Assembly: GCA_964106915.2 (NCBI GenBank)
Contig: OZ066922.1
Reading direction: 5' to 3' (one strand)
DNA length: 64,000 nucleotides
From: Podarcis gaigeae
Taxonomy: Eukaryota
Shown: piece by piece, positions 24,967-38,256 of the stretch
Layout: the number at the start of each line of letters is the position of its first letter
Numbering within the stretch: the stretch's first letter is position 1
The notes under the pieces: generated by a model
Database searches by the model: none
Seen by the model: only the letters and a program-made list of their open reading frames with translations
What the model was told of the DNA's origin: nothing
Made by a program: the position numbers and the translations under genes

Positions 24967-26730
24967 CTAGGGAAAATAGATTGCAAGAGACAAGTTCAAA
25001 GGTAATGGTTTCTAAAATGTTAAGAGTACTTTGTCCAACCTGCCCTGCTGTCTAGAATACCTTAGTCCCAAGTGTAAGGGATGCTATAGATTTGCCATCC
25101 TCAAATGTAGCAGAAACTATGAAGTCAGACCTTTAACTTCATGAGATCGATTAATAACCCCCATTAAAGCTCATTATTATTAACTTCTTTTTACTTTTAT
25201 GGCACATACGTATTTTTCTAAATTAGTTTTCCAGCTAAGTGCAGAATAAATGCAGAAGTTTAACTTCTACAGGTTCCACTATTTCTCTGATTTTGGAACT
25301 GTTCACTATCACAAGGGGTACCATAAGCAATTTTTCTGTTATCACTGCAAATAAAGTGCTTTATGCAATGAATATCCAAATGTGCCTTATGATCATTTCT
25401 GCTACACTAAGTGGTTGAATAAGCCAGGATGATATATTCTGTTATAATTCTTGCCTTAGGAAAGTGCATGATTAATTGATAAAATATGAATTAATGCCTA
25501 TCAAAGAAATATCATATCTCTATCCTTCTCCTATTGCCCTAAATAAAAGCTAAATCTGACTTGACATTTATTTTAAGGAAATTCCTAATTTCCATCTTGA
25601 GGGCATATAAAAAGTAAATGATGAAAGGAAAATGCCTTTTTAACAGTTGCTTCTACAATTAAAATAAGCAGCTATTTCCCCCTTTTAATCATAATATTAT
25701 TGCCAAGCATAATAAAGTAAAATATGTGATTCCTTCCACCTGACAGTCATGTCCTCACCCTTTCACAACAGCAAGTTTTTAACTGAACACACCACACTTG
25801 TACAATGTCCAGTTTTTATCACCCAGGGTTGTTGATGAACTATTTTGGTTCTAGAAACAAATGTATTCCCTTTTATACTGGAATGTTTAAAATCACAGCT
25901 TTTTATATTCTTGGATACAACTGCAGCTGAGATTCTCTCTCTGTCTAACTACCAACTGCAACTGCAGAGGCTGTCATAGGGAGAAGCAGCAGCAGTAAGG
26001 CACTCCCCTCTCTCTCTGTTATGAATATGAATCTAAATTATCCTGTATTTAATACAAACTAATTACATTTTGTAAGCCACATTGGGCGGGCTCTACCTTG
26101 AAATACAGCATTTAAGAACAAAGAAAGAAATGAATAAATATTCATATATTTCAAATTAATATTCTTTCATTTAAAATTCATAAGAATGTGATCTTTACTA
26201 ATAAGTGTTGCAAATAGGTTCATTAACCACAAACACTGGATATTCATTTTGGTTTTTTGACAGATCAATGAGGCTGCGCTTGAGACACTGAAGTTATATT
26301 ACAGCCACAAGTTTACATCACTTAATGTTCTCATATTTATGGCACATAATGGCTTTGTTCAGCTGCAATACAGTTTAGTGCTATGTGAGTGAGCCTCAGG
26401 CTGGCCAGCTCACCTCTCCATATTCCTCCTTTGGCACAGCGATGGGTAGGAGTGCAGAAGCAGTCACTTCCATTTTTAACTAACTTAAGGTTTTAGCTAA
26501 CTGATCAACCCCAGTTGGTAGTTGTCCAAACCTGGATAAACCTTGGCTGTTCTTTTTATGGTTTAGTAAACAACTTCATACTGTGGTTTATTATTGTTGT
26601 TGCTACCCTTGTTATATTAATTGCCTTCTAAATTTACAGTTTCAAGGTGATTTAAATGTAAAATAATTCTTTAAAAAATTAAAACACAAACATATTTAAA
26701 ACAGGATGAAAACCCTAACAAGTAGTCAGT

Positions 26731-27470
26731 TGTTAAGACCTATTTAGCCAGATGGGATAAATAGCCTGTTGATCTTTCCCAAACCCATAGATCAGGCAAG
26801 GACTCCTTTCTCAGGCTCCCTCTGCCTTTGCTGGCGTGGGTGAGCTACCTCTTTCTGGGGGGAGAAAGACATAGCCCGCTCACCCCCCCCCCAAGATGGA
26901 GGGAGCCCTGGGACAGAGCCTGACAGGCTCCTTTCCGAGGCTCCCTCCACCTTAGCTGGTGTGGGGAAGGTGGGCAAGCTACGTCTTTCTTCTGGGAGAA
27001 AGAGATAGCCCATTCGCCCTCCACTTCCAGAAGATGGACTAGGTGGTAGTAGCCAAGAGCACCGAACCTGTCAGGCTCCATGCATCTGACTGCCTTCACC
27101 CGAGCGGGCAGGTTGCCTCTTTCCTCATGGGGTGGTTGTATTCCCTCAGAAGAAAGATGCAGCCCACCCTCCCAGGTGAAGGCAGCCAGGCAGTAGCCAA
27201 GTGTATGCTTTGCCTCAGCACCACCATCAGGCTGCCTCTGCACCACTTCACAAGGTGTACGGTGCAAGCCACCCTATCCAGCCTTGCAGAACAGGGCTGC
27301 TTGATGTTGCTGGTAAGCGTTGGGCCTGGTATCAGCATCAGGGAGCCTCTGTACCACAAGGCTGCCTTCACCTGGGTGGCTGGGCTCCATCTTTCCTCCT
27401 GGGGTCTATCACTCACAAAGCTGTTTTCCTCAGCCACACCCAACTGTCCCACAGCTGACACTATATGACA
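26731..27470 (-). mobile_element. GC-rich insertion, candidate solo LTR
   Basis: Abrupt GC rise; minus strand begins TGTCA and ends TAACA; flanks TCAGT/GCAGG only partly match as TSD. Confidence 0.35.
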
Positions 27471-27555
27471 GCAGGTGTGAAGAATGTCAAGCTGCGGCTG
27501 CAAAGACAAACCAGAGTAGTGTACTCCTGGTGCGGGACTTACATTTGTTGTAGGA

Positions 27556-27618
27556 GCTATTCATGTAAATTTAGTGCTATTCATGTAAATTTAGTGCTAT
27601 TCATGTAAATTTAGTGCT
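27556..27618. repeat. Tandem repeat, 20-bp unit GCTATTCATGTAAATTTAGT x3
   Basis: Three identical copies visible. Confidence 0.95.
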
Positions 27619-28182
27619 GATTGTGCCTTGTTGGCGATTGGCTCCACTTAGAACTCCCAACTGGAACTTCTGAATGAAGTCATCTCTTCCAAGAGTGGCA
27701 CTTGCATTTGCACTGAATTTAAATCCACCGCTAAATGCAAGAATCACTCTTGGCAGGAATCTTTGCACCTTGAATTCAAGCTGAGACTGCAAAGGAAAAA
27801 AAACACGTTCCTTTGCAAGCATAGCTTGAATTCATCCTGAAACCACAAAGGAGGAAGTGATGCTCTTAAGAGTGGCTCCTGATTCCTTTGCCATGGGTTC
27901 AAAGTTAGGTCACTTGATGTGATGTGTCGTGTCGTGTCATATCATGTGAGTGGCAGGTGGGTGATCCTGACCACCTGTCAAAAGTGGCCTGTGGAGGGTA
28001 GGGGAATTCTGGATCCAACCCAGTGGCCAGCTTTGTCATAGAGTAACCACATATTCTGATCTCTTCCACACAGCTGTGCTGGAGAAGAAAGGAAAACACA
28101 CCAATAATAATTCAGCATTACATCTGAGCCTGTCATATATTTGCATATTAATCTAACAGGTAATTCATATTTTATTTTCTAC

Positions 28183-28341
28183 CTGGCAATCATCCACTTT
28201 GGTTCTCATTACTCCTTTCATGTATTCTTTGTCCATGGTAGGGGAAACACCAAAACTGTTTCCCATGCATAATATTTCTGATCTTCCTTCAGGATGGGTT
28301 ACTTCCACAGAACCATTCAAAATAACAGACCAGGAGTCCAG
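28183..28341 (-). CDS. RAPGEF2: RAPGEF2 coding exon (cNMP-binding domain)
   Basis: 159 nt, absent from the ORF track; tag|CTGGAC...TGCCAG|gtaga; [53 protein letters not shown]. Confidence 0.97.
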
Positions 28342-28830
28342 CTAAAAATGAAACATAGAGTTTGAGACATACAAACCTCGGAAAACCATTTCACCTTTTT
28401 AGGGAACATTGTGTGAATTTGTTTTTCAATAAAAGGGAAATGAAAAAAGCGGGAAAGTACACGTATACATAAGAAAAAACCACTTCAAGATCCTGCAATT
28501 TTACCAACATAAACTTTACACATGTACAGAGGTTAAAGGAGATGCAGACATATCTACTGGATATGCTGCCTTATTTATCAGCTACTTTTAAGGCAAAGAA
28601 GGTTAAACATTGTATTTGCTTCTGCTATAAGCAGTATGGAACAGGACAGCTAACCTTTTCAGACCCATGGGTCACATTTGAGCTTGCCAAAACATCCGAG
28701 GGCTGCATGACACATTGCTCCTGATCTCTCAAGCTCTTTCTTACACCTGCTTGCTCTGCTCTCTCTTCAGGATCTGCATACAGACAGGTACACTTCGAGC
28801 ACACTTTCCCCATGCCTACAACACTCAATG

Positions 28831-29200
28831 ATATCGCACACCCAACGCTGATATCACACACCAAACGCTGATATCGCACACCCAATGCTGATATCGCACA
28901 CCCAACGCTGATATCGCACACCCAACGCTGATATCACACACCAAACGCTGCTATCACACACCCAACGCTGATATCGCACACCCAACGCTGATATCGCACA
29001 CCCAACGCTGATATCGCACACCCAACGCTGATATCGCACACCCAACGCTGATATCGCACACCCAACGCTGATATCGCACACCCAATGCTGATATCGCACA
29101 CCCAACGCTGATATCGCACACCCAACGCTGATATCACACACTAAATGCTGTTATCACACACCCAACGCTGATATCGCACACCCAACACTAATATCACACG
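28831..29200. repeat. Minisatellite, 20-bp unit ATATCGCACACCCAACGCTG x~18.5
   Basis: Directly visible; homogeneous centre, variant edge units. Confidence 0.97.
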
Positions 29201-29671
29201 ACCAAACCAGACAGCACTCTATCGCTTTCACTCCTGACTCTCCTCAACTCCTCTGATCAAAAGATGCTCTAAGCCAAGCTGGCAGTTTTAGAACACGGAG
29301 GGTGGGGCAGTTGGCAGTTATAGATCACTGCAGTTGCTGCAACTAATTTGCATCTGATGTTATCTGTCAAACTGAAGCCTTGTGGTTGTAAGGAAGGGCT
29401 TGCAAATACAGGAACATAGGAAACTGCATACATTTAATACCATTTTTCACTGGCATAACATTCAGGCTACATTACACCCATCTGTGATCTACTACAAATG
29501 TGAAAGTGAACTGAAGTCTAAGTCCAAGCTACATTAAGAATATTCTGTTCAGCAAATGGTTATCTGTAAGCACCGGTGCAAAAATATTTTATCGGGGGGG
29601 GGGGGGTTAAGAACATAAAAAAGAAGTTTTAGATGTCTCAGGAAGGACCACTGAATTATGCAACTACTTAC

Positions 29672-29808
29672 CTCTTCTCCATCATTTAGAACTATGGTCC
29701 CCGCCCTTTCTACGACTGCAAACACCATCACAGCACAGAGTTCTCTCCTCACTGACATTGTCATATTAGCAAAAGCGGGTAACTGATGCATGAATTCCAG
29801 GAGTTGTT
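29672..29808 (-). CDS. RAPGEF2: RAPGEF2 coding exon (cNMP-binding domain start)
   Basis: 137 nt; tag|AACAAC...GAAGAG|gtaagt; [45 protein letters not shown]. Confidence 0.97.
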
Positions 29809-30133
29809 CTACAGAATAATGAGCTCACTGAGTTAAACATGTATAAGCAATGACAACTACTTGATAATGAGATTTTAGGAATATGCCATGGGATTCTAAG
29901 CTTGTATTATTCCACAATATGTTGTGTACTGTATTTTCATTATATTCTACAGGTTTAGCAAGTCATAAATCATACTACGTTTCAAGCATTTTACAACTTC
30001 CTTTTGTTTATTATATTAAAAATCTTTTTTTGTTAAAGTGTCATTTAGTAATATTTTGGAAAAGAAAACACATGTTAAAGAAACTGCAAATGCCGCTAAC
30101 ATCTTCCTCTGCTGGGTTTCCATGGCAGCTTAC

Positions 30134-30311
30134 CAATATCATCATCTGTCCTGTCTATTGGGTCTTTCTCCAGGCAATCTCTAACAATATCCCTGCTCAT
30201 TAGAGGATCAGAAGCCCTCTCAATATCCTCTTCATCATCATCATCCTCAGAATCCACTGCTGTCTCTGGTAACCCACTCAGATCCATATCGCCAGCTTCA
30301 CTCTCTGTGGC
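30134..30311 (-). CDS. RAPGEF2: RAPGEF2 coding exon (acidic region)
   Basis: 178 nt; cag|GCCACAG...ATTG|gtaag; [59 protein letters not shown]. Confidence 0.97.
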
Positions 30312-33258
30312 CTGAAATGATCATTGAGAAAAAAACATTCAGAGCCCTCTTATAATACTAAACACAACTTAAAACATGTACATGAAGCGAATTTAATATT
30401 TACTCCACAGACAAGTCAAGGTTCATCTTTTCTCAGCACTTTTCCATTACCTGTGGGAATTCACTGTATTTTGGGTAAAGGAGACACACCTGGAACATAC
30501 TTTAATCGAAAGCAAGATTAATATATTTGTGGGTGCTGCTTAGTCCCATTTTCAAACCCATCTAAAGTATTACGTGTCCGCGATGAAACCTAGAACACTG
30601 ACATCAATTAATTACTCACTTCAGTCATGAACTCAGCAGGTGAACACCACCAAAGGCAAAGTAGAGCTACCAAGAAGCAAATGGGATGCTTCAGCATGCT
30701 TTGGGGAGCTCTATGTTTTGTAGAAGTACAGATAATTTTCAAGAACAGAAACCTAAGAGCCTCTACCCCTACTCCATGGAAAGGAACAGGTCCATGAGGA
30801 CTTGGCATCCTCACTGTCCACAGAATAATATCTGATTGGGGCAGAAAAATTGGGGTGCTGTTGGAATGCAATAGGGTATCCTACAAGAGGACATGGATGG
30901 AACCGTGAATAGAAAAACTCCACACTGCAGCATCTGGATGCAGGTCTCATTTGTATCGTAAAATTGCAAACAGCCAGTCTATCAGATATGGGAGTTAACT
31001 TCCAGACACTGTACATGTACCAGAGAGGAAGAACACTATCTCCCAATTCTAATCTGCTCTGTCGATCATATGGAAATCAGAAAATCCAGCCAACACATGG
31101 CTTAAGGTCATTAATAGGTACCCAGAGGTGAATATATTTTATTGTTTTAGTTCTAACATGAAACACTTAATAAATCCCAAACATATTTGCCTGCCGTCTG
31201 AAATAAAGCTGCTTTTTCTGCAGAAGTAGATTTAATGCCACAACATCTGCTAAGCTTCAACTGTTATGATTTGAAGGAGATGAAGTCTATTGAGAATGCT
31301 CTGTAAACCATTGCTTTCCAAACTGATGTTTACTAGACTTGGGGCTAAAATATTAAAGGTCAGATAGCAGTAGAAAAGGTCAAGTATGTTTTTTTAAAAA
31401 AATGTTAATTTGAGATATGAGATTATATGAGATGCACATGCTAGACTTTCCACAGATATTCTATCCTAATAGAATTTTAAAAAGTTGTTTTCAATGGACA
31501 GCTGGATAAATGCTCTAGCATAAAAATTGTGGATTTGACACTCTAGCCAAGCTATTCCAAGTACTGTACTGAAAAGACTTTTCATACTGGAACAAATTTA
31601 TCTGCCCCCCCCCCCATAAACTTTTTGTTTCAGTCTTAACTGATAGTCACTTTTCACTTATAGACTCCATTTAGAGGTATTAATCCATTAACCACACTGC
31701 TTTATTTCAGCCCAATGATGTGTCCATGCCAGATTTGTTCAGCTAATCTAGTATCATCTACTCTAACAGGCAACCGGTTTCCAGGGCCTCAAGTTTTATC
31801 TCTGGTTAAAAGCCATTTTAGCAGAAAATCTAAGGTCTATAAACCTGACCTAGTATACGGTCACTTTCTATGTTTTTTGAGCAAACAACATATGAGCCAT
31901 GTTGAACACAAACTACTGTATACTATTTGCATAGACTTTATCTTTAAGGATCAGAGAGAGCATGCTTCTGCAAACCAGAAGACTGCAGAAGAGGGCTTTT
32001 GCACACACAAAAAGTTCAGCCTGTGAACTTTGTATGGGCATTGGGACTGGCCAGTGTGGGAAACAGGATGCTGTGCTACAAGGGTGAGAAAACTTTCTGA
32101 CCAGAGAGTCAAATTCTTATCTTCCCACCCCTGCTGGGCCAAATATGACAGGTGTGGGGGGCTTCACAGTGCAGAATCCTGATCGTAGGGTATTTGCAGT
32201 GCTCTTTGAAAGCTTTTTTGGCAAATAGCCTTGCACTGCTGTTTAAACCTCTGAAGACTGGAGTTCAAAAACACCTGTCTAGGATGCAACAGGAACACTT
32301 GTCTAGATGCACCCTAACTGAAAGCAAATATTCAAAAATTGAAATGAAGCAACAAGACCATGTCAATTGTATAATATTCCCAGTGACAGATTATTATACA
32401 TGCCTTTGCTTCCTAAGCCTAGGCTTTAATTATCAGCCACTGCTCTGTTTCAAGGAGTTCGTCAGGATTAGCTTTTGCTGTATTTGTGGACTAGTGCAAA
32501 TGATACACACAACTTCAAACTGAATAAACTGTACTGGGGTGGAAGAATTCAAGTTCAAGTAATTTGTTGAGCATCTAGGTATGCAGTAAAATTATGTCAA
32601 ATTGGAATATCACTTGTGTTAAGTTTGGCTGAATATGATGAAGTTTCTCTTTTCTTTCTTTTTTGGGGTGTATGAGTATACTTAATCAATTGATTAAAAG
32701 CTACCTCCACAGGGTGGCCAGGTTATATGGACAACTGATGATAATGCCATTAGGTCAGACCATGCATCAAAGTCCAATAAAAAGTTATGACCACCATATG
32801 GATGCCTAATTATTCAAAAGTGGTTCATGGCAGCCTCTACATAAAGACCAAATTTTTAAAACTTGCACCTTAACATCCATTTATTATTTTTTCAATAGGG
32901 AAGAAACAAAGAAGATAAGTGCCCCTTAAATTAGTGTGGCCAGGCACCGTGGTGTACTGGTGTACTGACGGCTCTTAACATCCAAATTGAAGTCTAAATC
33001 ATGAGGTATGATGACTGCAGCCTTTGGGCAATGTGGGGAAGGTATTGGATGTTTGGTTACTTAGTATTATCCATCCGATCGCCACTGTCAGTATTTTTTA
33101 AGATACAATCTAGCCTTAAAGGCCAGGAATTTGTTACAGACATGAAATTTGGGATAGCGCAACATTCCAAGAAAAGCTTGAATGCTGCACAATACTACTG
33201 TTTTGCAGGGCAGAGAGCAAACTGCTTACCCTTACCCTGCAAAAGTATTAGAATTTTT

Positions 33259-33445
33259 CAGTTACAGATAGGTAGCCGTGTTGGTCTACCATAGTCAAAA
33301 CAAAAAAAATCCTTCCAATAGCACCTTAAAGACCAACTAAGTTAGTTCTTGGTATGAGCTTTCGTGTGCTCATACCAAGCTCTAACCATACCAAGCTCAC
33401 ACCAAGAACTAACTTAGTTGGTCTTTAAGGTGCTACTGGAAATAA
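33259..33445. mobile_element. Penelope-like element termini in inverted arrangement
   Basis: Same sequence as 53398-53494 present in both orientations (arms ~33313-33361 and ~33393-33441); flanking direct repeat AATTTTTCAGT. Confidence 0.7.
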
Positions 33446-34329
33446 TTTTTCAGTATATTCAAAGGGACCTCAATGACCTCTTACAAATAATGATTGTAGG
33501 ATATTTCATATTGGCAAGTAATTCTTGTTTTAAATGGATTTGTCTTTTATGTATAACACATGACATACAATTTTAGAAACAAACATAAATATTTAAACAG
33601 GAATATTCTCAGATTATTGCCGAAAGCATCTCAAGATTCAGCTTCATGATTTATTCAGCTCAAAGGGACGTCTATGAATATATTTTCATTGCATAGTTGC
33701 TCTTAAACCGGCAGTATTAAATACTCCATATGAAGCAAATACTGGAAAGAGTTAACTGAGCACACAACACCATAAGTAATATTTGCAGCTACTATTTTTT
33801 TTACTCCATAATTAAACATAAGGTGAACCATTACTTCTGGGTGTCATTTGTGAATGTCTCCATAAGAAGGTGCCCAAGCAACTAAAGAAAGAAACCACAC
33901 TCACCAAACCCACAGTGTAGTCAGTAACATTAATATTTACATAATTTACCATTTTAAAAAGAGTAAGTATAATATATATGGATATCAACCTTCTGAGAAC
34001 TACAAAAGTCTCTTATATTCCACAATTCATTTTCTAGTTCATTTATTTGTGTCTACTAGACTATGTTAAATAACAAATGATGGATACTAGTTTTTATTAA
34101 GCGCTTGTTCAATTCAATAAAGTAACATACTCATCTATTTCCCAACCTATAAACAAAGTCACATGCAACAATGTGAAAACAGAAAGTAGTCTCTAGTACA
34201 GCACCACAGAACAAAACATTACAAAGCAAAATATGCATTTTAATTTCTATTGATCACGTCATAAACAATGACTAATTCTACATAAGCATAATACCAGCTC
34301 TCACAAATACTTTACTGCCCCCTCCTGAC

Positions 34330-36600
34330 ACTGTTGTTGCCCTTTCCTTTCAAATTACTTTCTTCCACACACTTCTCACTGGAGGTTACTGTGGTGGTGG
34401 CCTTTGCACTTCCAATTCTGCCAGTCCCTGCTTCTGCTGACCTCTCATTCCACTGCCTCCCAAATTCATTCCGCAAAAATCTGTTCCCCTTTGCATCTCA
34501 TCTCTATATTTCTATACTGTATCACCACCTGCCCACTCTCAACTTTCCATTCAGACTCCGACAACTCCTGTACCTTCCTCCTGTGATTTCAAACTTAACA
34601 TTCATTGTGTCTGTGACACAGCTGCTTCCCATCTCCTGTCCCTCATTCCTTCTATGTTTGCTTTGGGATGCATTCCCCAACATTTTCTTGGGCATTTTCT
34701 TGTTCTCATCTTCACTTGGAAATGCTCAGCTTGTGCCACAGAGTTCATCCAATCTGAGCAACACATTCTCTTCTTCGACATGCACATTCTCTGCCTTCTG
34801 TATATTCTACTTCTTACTCCATTTTTCACCTGCAGTCAAGTGGTGCAAGGCTTTCTTGGGAATTCTCTGCCATGTCTCCCTTATGCTCTTCAGGGGTTAA
34901 GTACAGTTCATCAACCAACTCTAGATTTGTTTGCCCCAGCTCTCTCAACTAACTACTGACCCCTCTAAATACCCCAGCCTTTAGCCAACATCCTCAAGTC
35001 AATCTCTTTGAGTCAAACAACACATAATGATGAATACATAGCCTAATGATATGTGGTCATTTTTAAAACAGCTGTTGCCAGGAGGAAAGCACAATACAGG
35101 TAGGATCTTACTGTGTAGGAGGAAGGTTAACCCTTCCCCTTTGCATTATGTTTCTGACATACATTGCATACCAGTTTACTGTTTCTCACCAAACTAAGGG
35201 AAAAGTTTTGCTTGGACCAAAATGCAGGTGTAAAGGGTAGATCAACCTCACACACATGGTCCTGATTTACTCATGTAAATTAGAATTTCTGTTCATCACA
35301 CAATCATGAACACAGTATCCAAAATGCACATCTTTCCTCTCATTTCCAGCTATTTTGCCTCTTAAACCTACTTCAACCAATTTTTGCTTTCTCTTTGGTT
35401 GACTATTATGTTGTCCTTTATTACCTGCCCCATGATCCTGACTCCTGGGTGTCATATCTTTTTATCAGAAATATCCTTCCACATATTAAATTTCTCCCCA
35501 TCCTCTGGCTCTTTCCTTCTTGCATTTAAACATGCCTCTCTTTTTCACATTCATAAAAAAATAATCTGAGCTTTACCCTTTGCTTTCGAATCTCTGGACT
35601 GTGCCACATACTTCCCTGTCTTAAATTTCTCTCAATTCCTCTCTTAGCTCCCTGTCATCTGGCTTCTACCTCTTGAACTCCACTGAAGCTACCCTCATCA
35701 AATCAATCCTCAATGCCAAATCCAAAAGGTCTCTATCTATCTTCTTCCTCTTCTCATTGGTGCCTTTGTTGCCTCTAATACAGTTCATTAATTTTTCGGC
35801 TTCGCTCCTTTTACGTACTCTGTTTCTATGGCTCTGTTCTTAGCTGGTTTATTTCCTATCAGTCTAATTACTTGATCACTGTTTCCATAGGGAAAGTTCT
35901 TCTCTGCTGAACCTCCACAGGGAGTTATTCTCAGCCTTCTGCTATTTTCTCTAACTATACTGTCCCTTAGTGACTTCATTAAACTTTGTGGCTTTCAGTA
36001 CACACTGATGACACCCAACTCTACCTCTCTGTCCAATAACTTCCCTTCTACATCCAATCCTTCATTTCCAACTGCTTTTTGGTTTCCCTGTTTTATGTTT
36101 CATTGTTGTCTCAATACATACAGGGCTGATCTTTCCTATTGAACCTTACTGTCTTTGCACATTCTCCTTATCCATTGATAAGATTACTACCCACTTGTTG
36201 ATCAGACACTTGCTGATCAGCTTTGAGTTTATCTTTAATTCCTCCATTCCATTGCTTCTCCTGGTACAACATTATGAAAATAGCCCCTCTGACTTTTGTG
36301 CAGCAGTTCATGCTCTAATCATCCCCTAACTTTAATTGCTACACTATTCTCTTCTCTAGCTTGCTGTTGTCACATTTAGCCCTCTCTCATCTCCATCCTC
36401 TATTTTGCTGCCAAAATCATTCATTGCTCAGGCTATAAAACCACCCTCCCTAAACACCTGCACTGGCTGGCTCTTACCTTAATCATCCTTATCCTCTCTG
36501 CTACTGCTTCCATGTTGAACATTAGATTTGTTAGTTCCTCCTGGTAGAGACCTGTACTTTGTTATCTTGTAAAGCACCATACACATTATGGCACAATAAC
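34330..36600 (+). mobile_element. Highly decayed L2-clade LINE
   Basis: RT-motif remnant ACTGATGACACCCAACTCTACCTC (~YADDTQLYL) near 36004; L2-like 3' end TGTAAAGCACC...AATAA near 36570-36600; faint APE-like remnants near 34500-34610; boundaries approximate. Confidence 0.55.
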
Positions 36601-37811
36601 ATAAAGGAAATTGACCAGATACTTGCAGAATAAGGGGCACATGAACCAATGTACTAAGTATGAAGAAAAGACTTTAAGATGACACAAGGCCAATATCCGT
36701 AAGTACAACTCTAATGGGATGAAGATACTGTATTCAGGATCACTTATTCTGCAAGAAGCCTCCAGATGTAAAAGTATTGAACAATGTAGCTTTCTTTATA
36801 TCTCAAGACTGTGTATTCCCTTCTTGGTTCAGCTTTTTGATTTGGTTTGTAATTTTGGATGGTTCACTGCATCAGAAGAGCAAGACTAAACAAATGCCTG
36901 GCTGCTCAATTCTGTTGTAATTCAATGCTTAATAAGGTCATCCAGATGGAGGGAGTCCCTAAAGGAAACAGGTTAAGCCACAGACCTGTTGGAAACAAGG
37001 AAAACACTAGGTAACCCCTTGATTTTGGGGGCAATAGGATATAAATAAGTCATGAGATTGCACTAGTTCCCTGAGTTATCATCTAGACTGAATATCTTGG
37101 ATAATCAGTGCTATATTGTAATAGTCACATGATACAGCCAAAGACTGAAGCCATTATATTAATATTGTTGAATCAATATATGTTTGCTTAGTCTATCACT
37201 TACAATGATTTTATCTTCTGGATTTAGTTCGGCCAAAGGCTATCTTTTGCTTTGTTTTTGGTTATTCCACCTTCAAAACCCCAGTGAAAATTAAGCTGCT
37301 TTATTAATTACTTATTATTATTATTATTAAGAAAAACAGTATCAAAGAAGTGAGAAAGTGTGGAGAACTTCTCATGGATAGGTGCACAATTTTGTTGTTA
37401 CTTTTAAGTTGGCCAAGGAACGTTTCTTAATGTTATTTCAATCATTCTACAAATCATCTCGTTGGTACTCTATCTACCATTCTTCAACCTTCCTGTGTGT
37501 TTTCCTTTTCTGGAACCTCCTTAAATTCTCAGCTGGACTCAGCTGTGTACTTGACAACTGCTCATTGTTATGGTTTTAAGTGAAGGCCTTTTACTTTTAA
37601 ATAAATCAGTGTTGAGAGACATTAAAAGGTAAAAGGAAGAACTTCCATTAAAAAGCAAAATCAGCAAGTGCACCATGCTCAGGAATTCAGTATCTAGCCT
37701 CCCTTTCTCCCCACACTTCATTTAAAGTTCAGTAGAAAATGTTGTGAGGTAATTCCTCCTATGGATCAAAAATCCCACGCAGACAGAGAGACTGCAGAGT
37801 GCTAATAAATA

Positions 37812-38256
37812 CCGTATTTTTCACCCTATAGGACGCACCGTCCCATAAGGCGCACCTAGTTTTTTCGGGGGGAAATAAAGGGGGGGAATTATTGTTCCCC
37901 CAGGCACTGGGCTGGGGTGGGGGAAGCCCGAGCTTCCCCCAACCCCAGCCCCCAGAACAGGCAACACTCCGCACTCCAGCGCTGGGCTCCCACGCCTTGC
38001 AGAGAGCTGTGCGAAGTCTGGGCGTGCTGAGCTCAGTGCGCCCAGGCTTCAGCATGCAGGCAACTCTTCCCGATGCGGGCTCCCACGGCTTGTGGAGAGC
38101 TGCACGAAGCCTGGAGAGCGAGAGGGGTCAGGGCACACCGGCCCCTCTCGCTCTCCAGGCTTCAGCGAAAGCCTGCATTCGCCCCATAGGACGCACACAC
38201 ATTTCCCCTTCATTTTTGGAGGGGGAAAAGTGTGTCCTATAGGGTGAAAAATACGG
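37812..38256. mobile_element. Non-autonomous Tc1/mariner (pogo/Tigger-type) MITE
   Basis: 23-bp perfect TIRs CCGTATTTTTCACCCTATAGGAC / GTCCTATAGGGTGAAAAATACGG, TA on both flanks, CpG-rich interior. Confidence 0.9.

Noticed and set aside
28625-29141. Repetitive Cys/Trp ORFs and CRISPR-like appearance
   Set aside because: Translations of the 20-bp minisatellite; no unique spacers, no cas genes, eukaryotic intron
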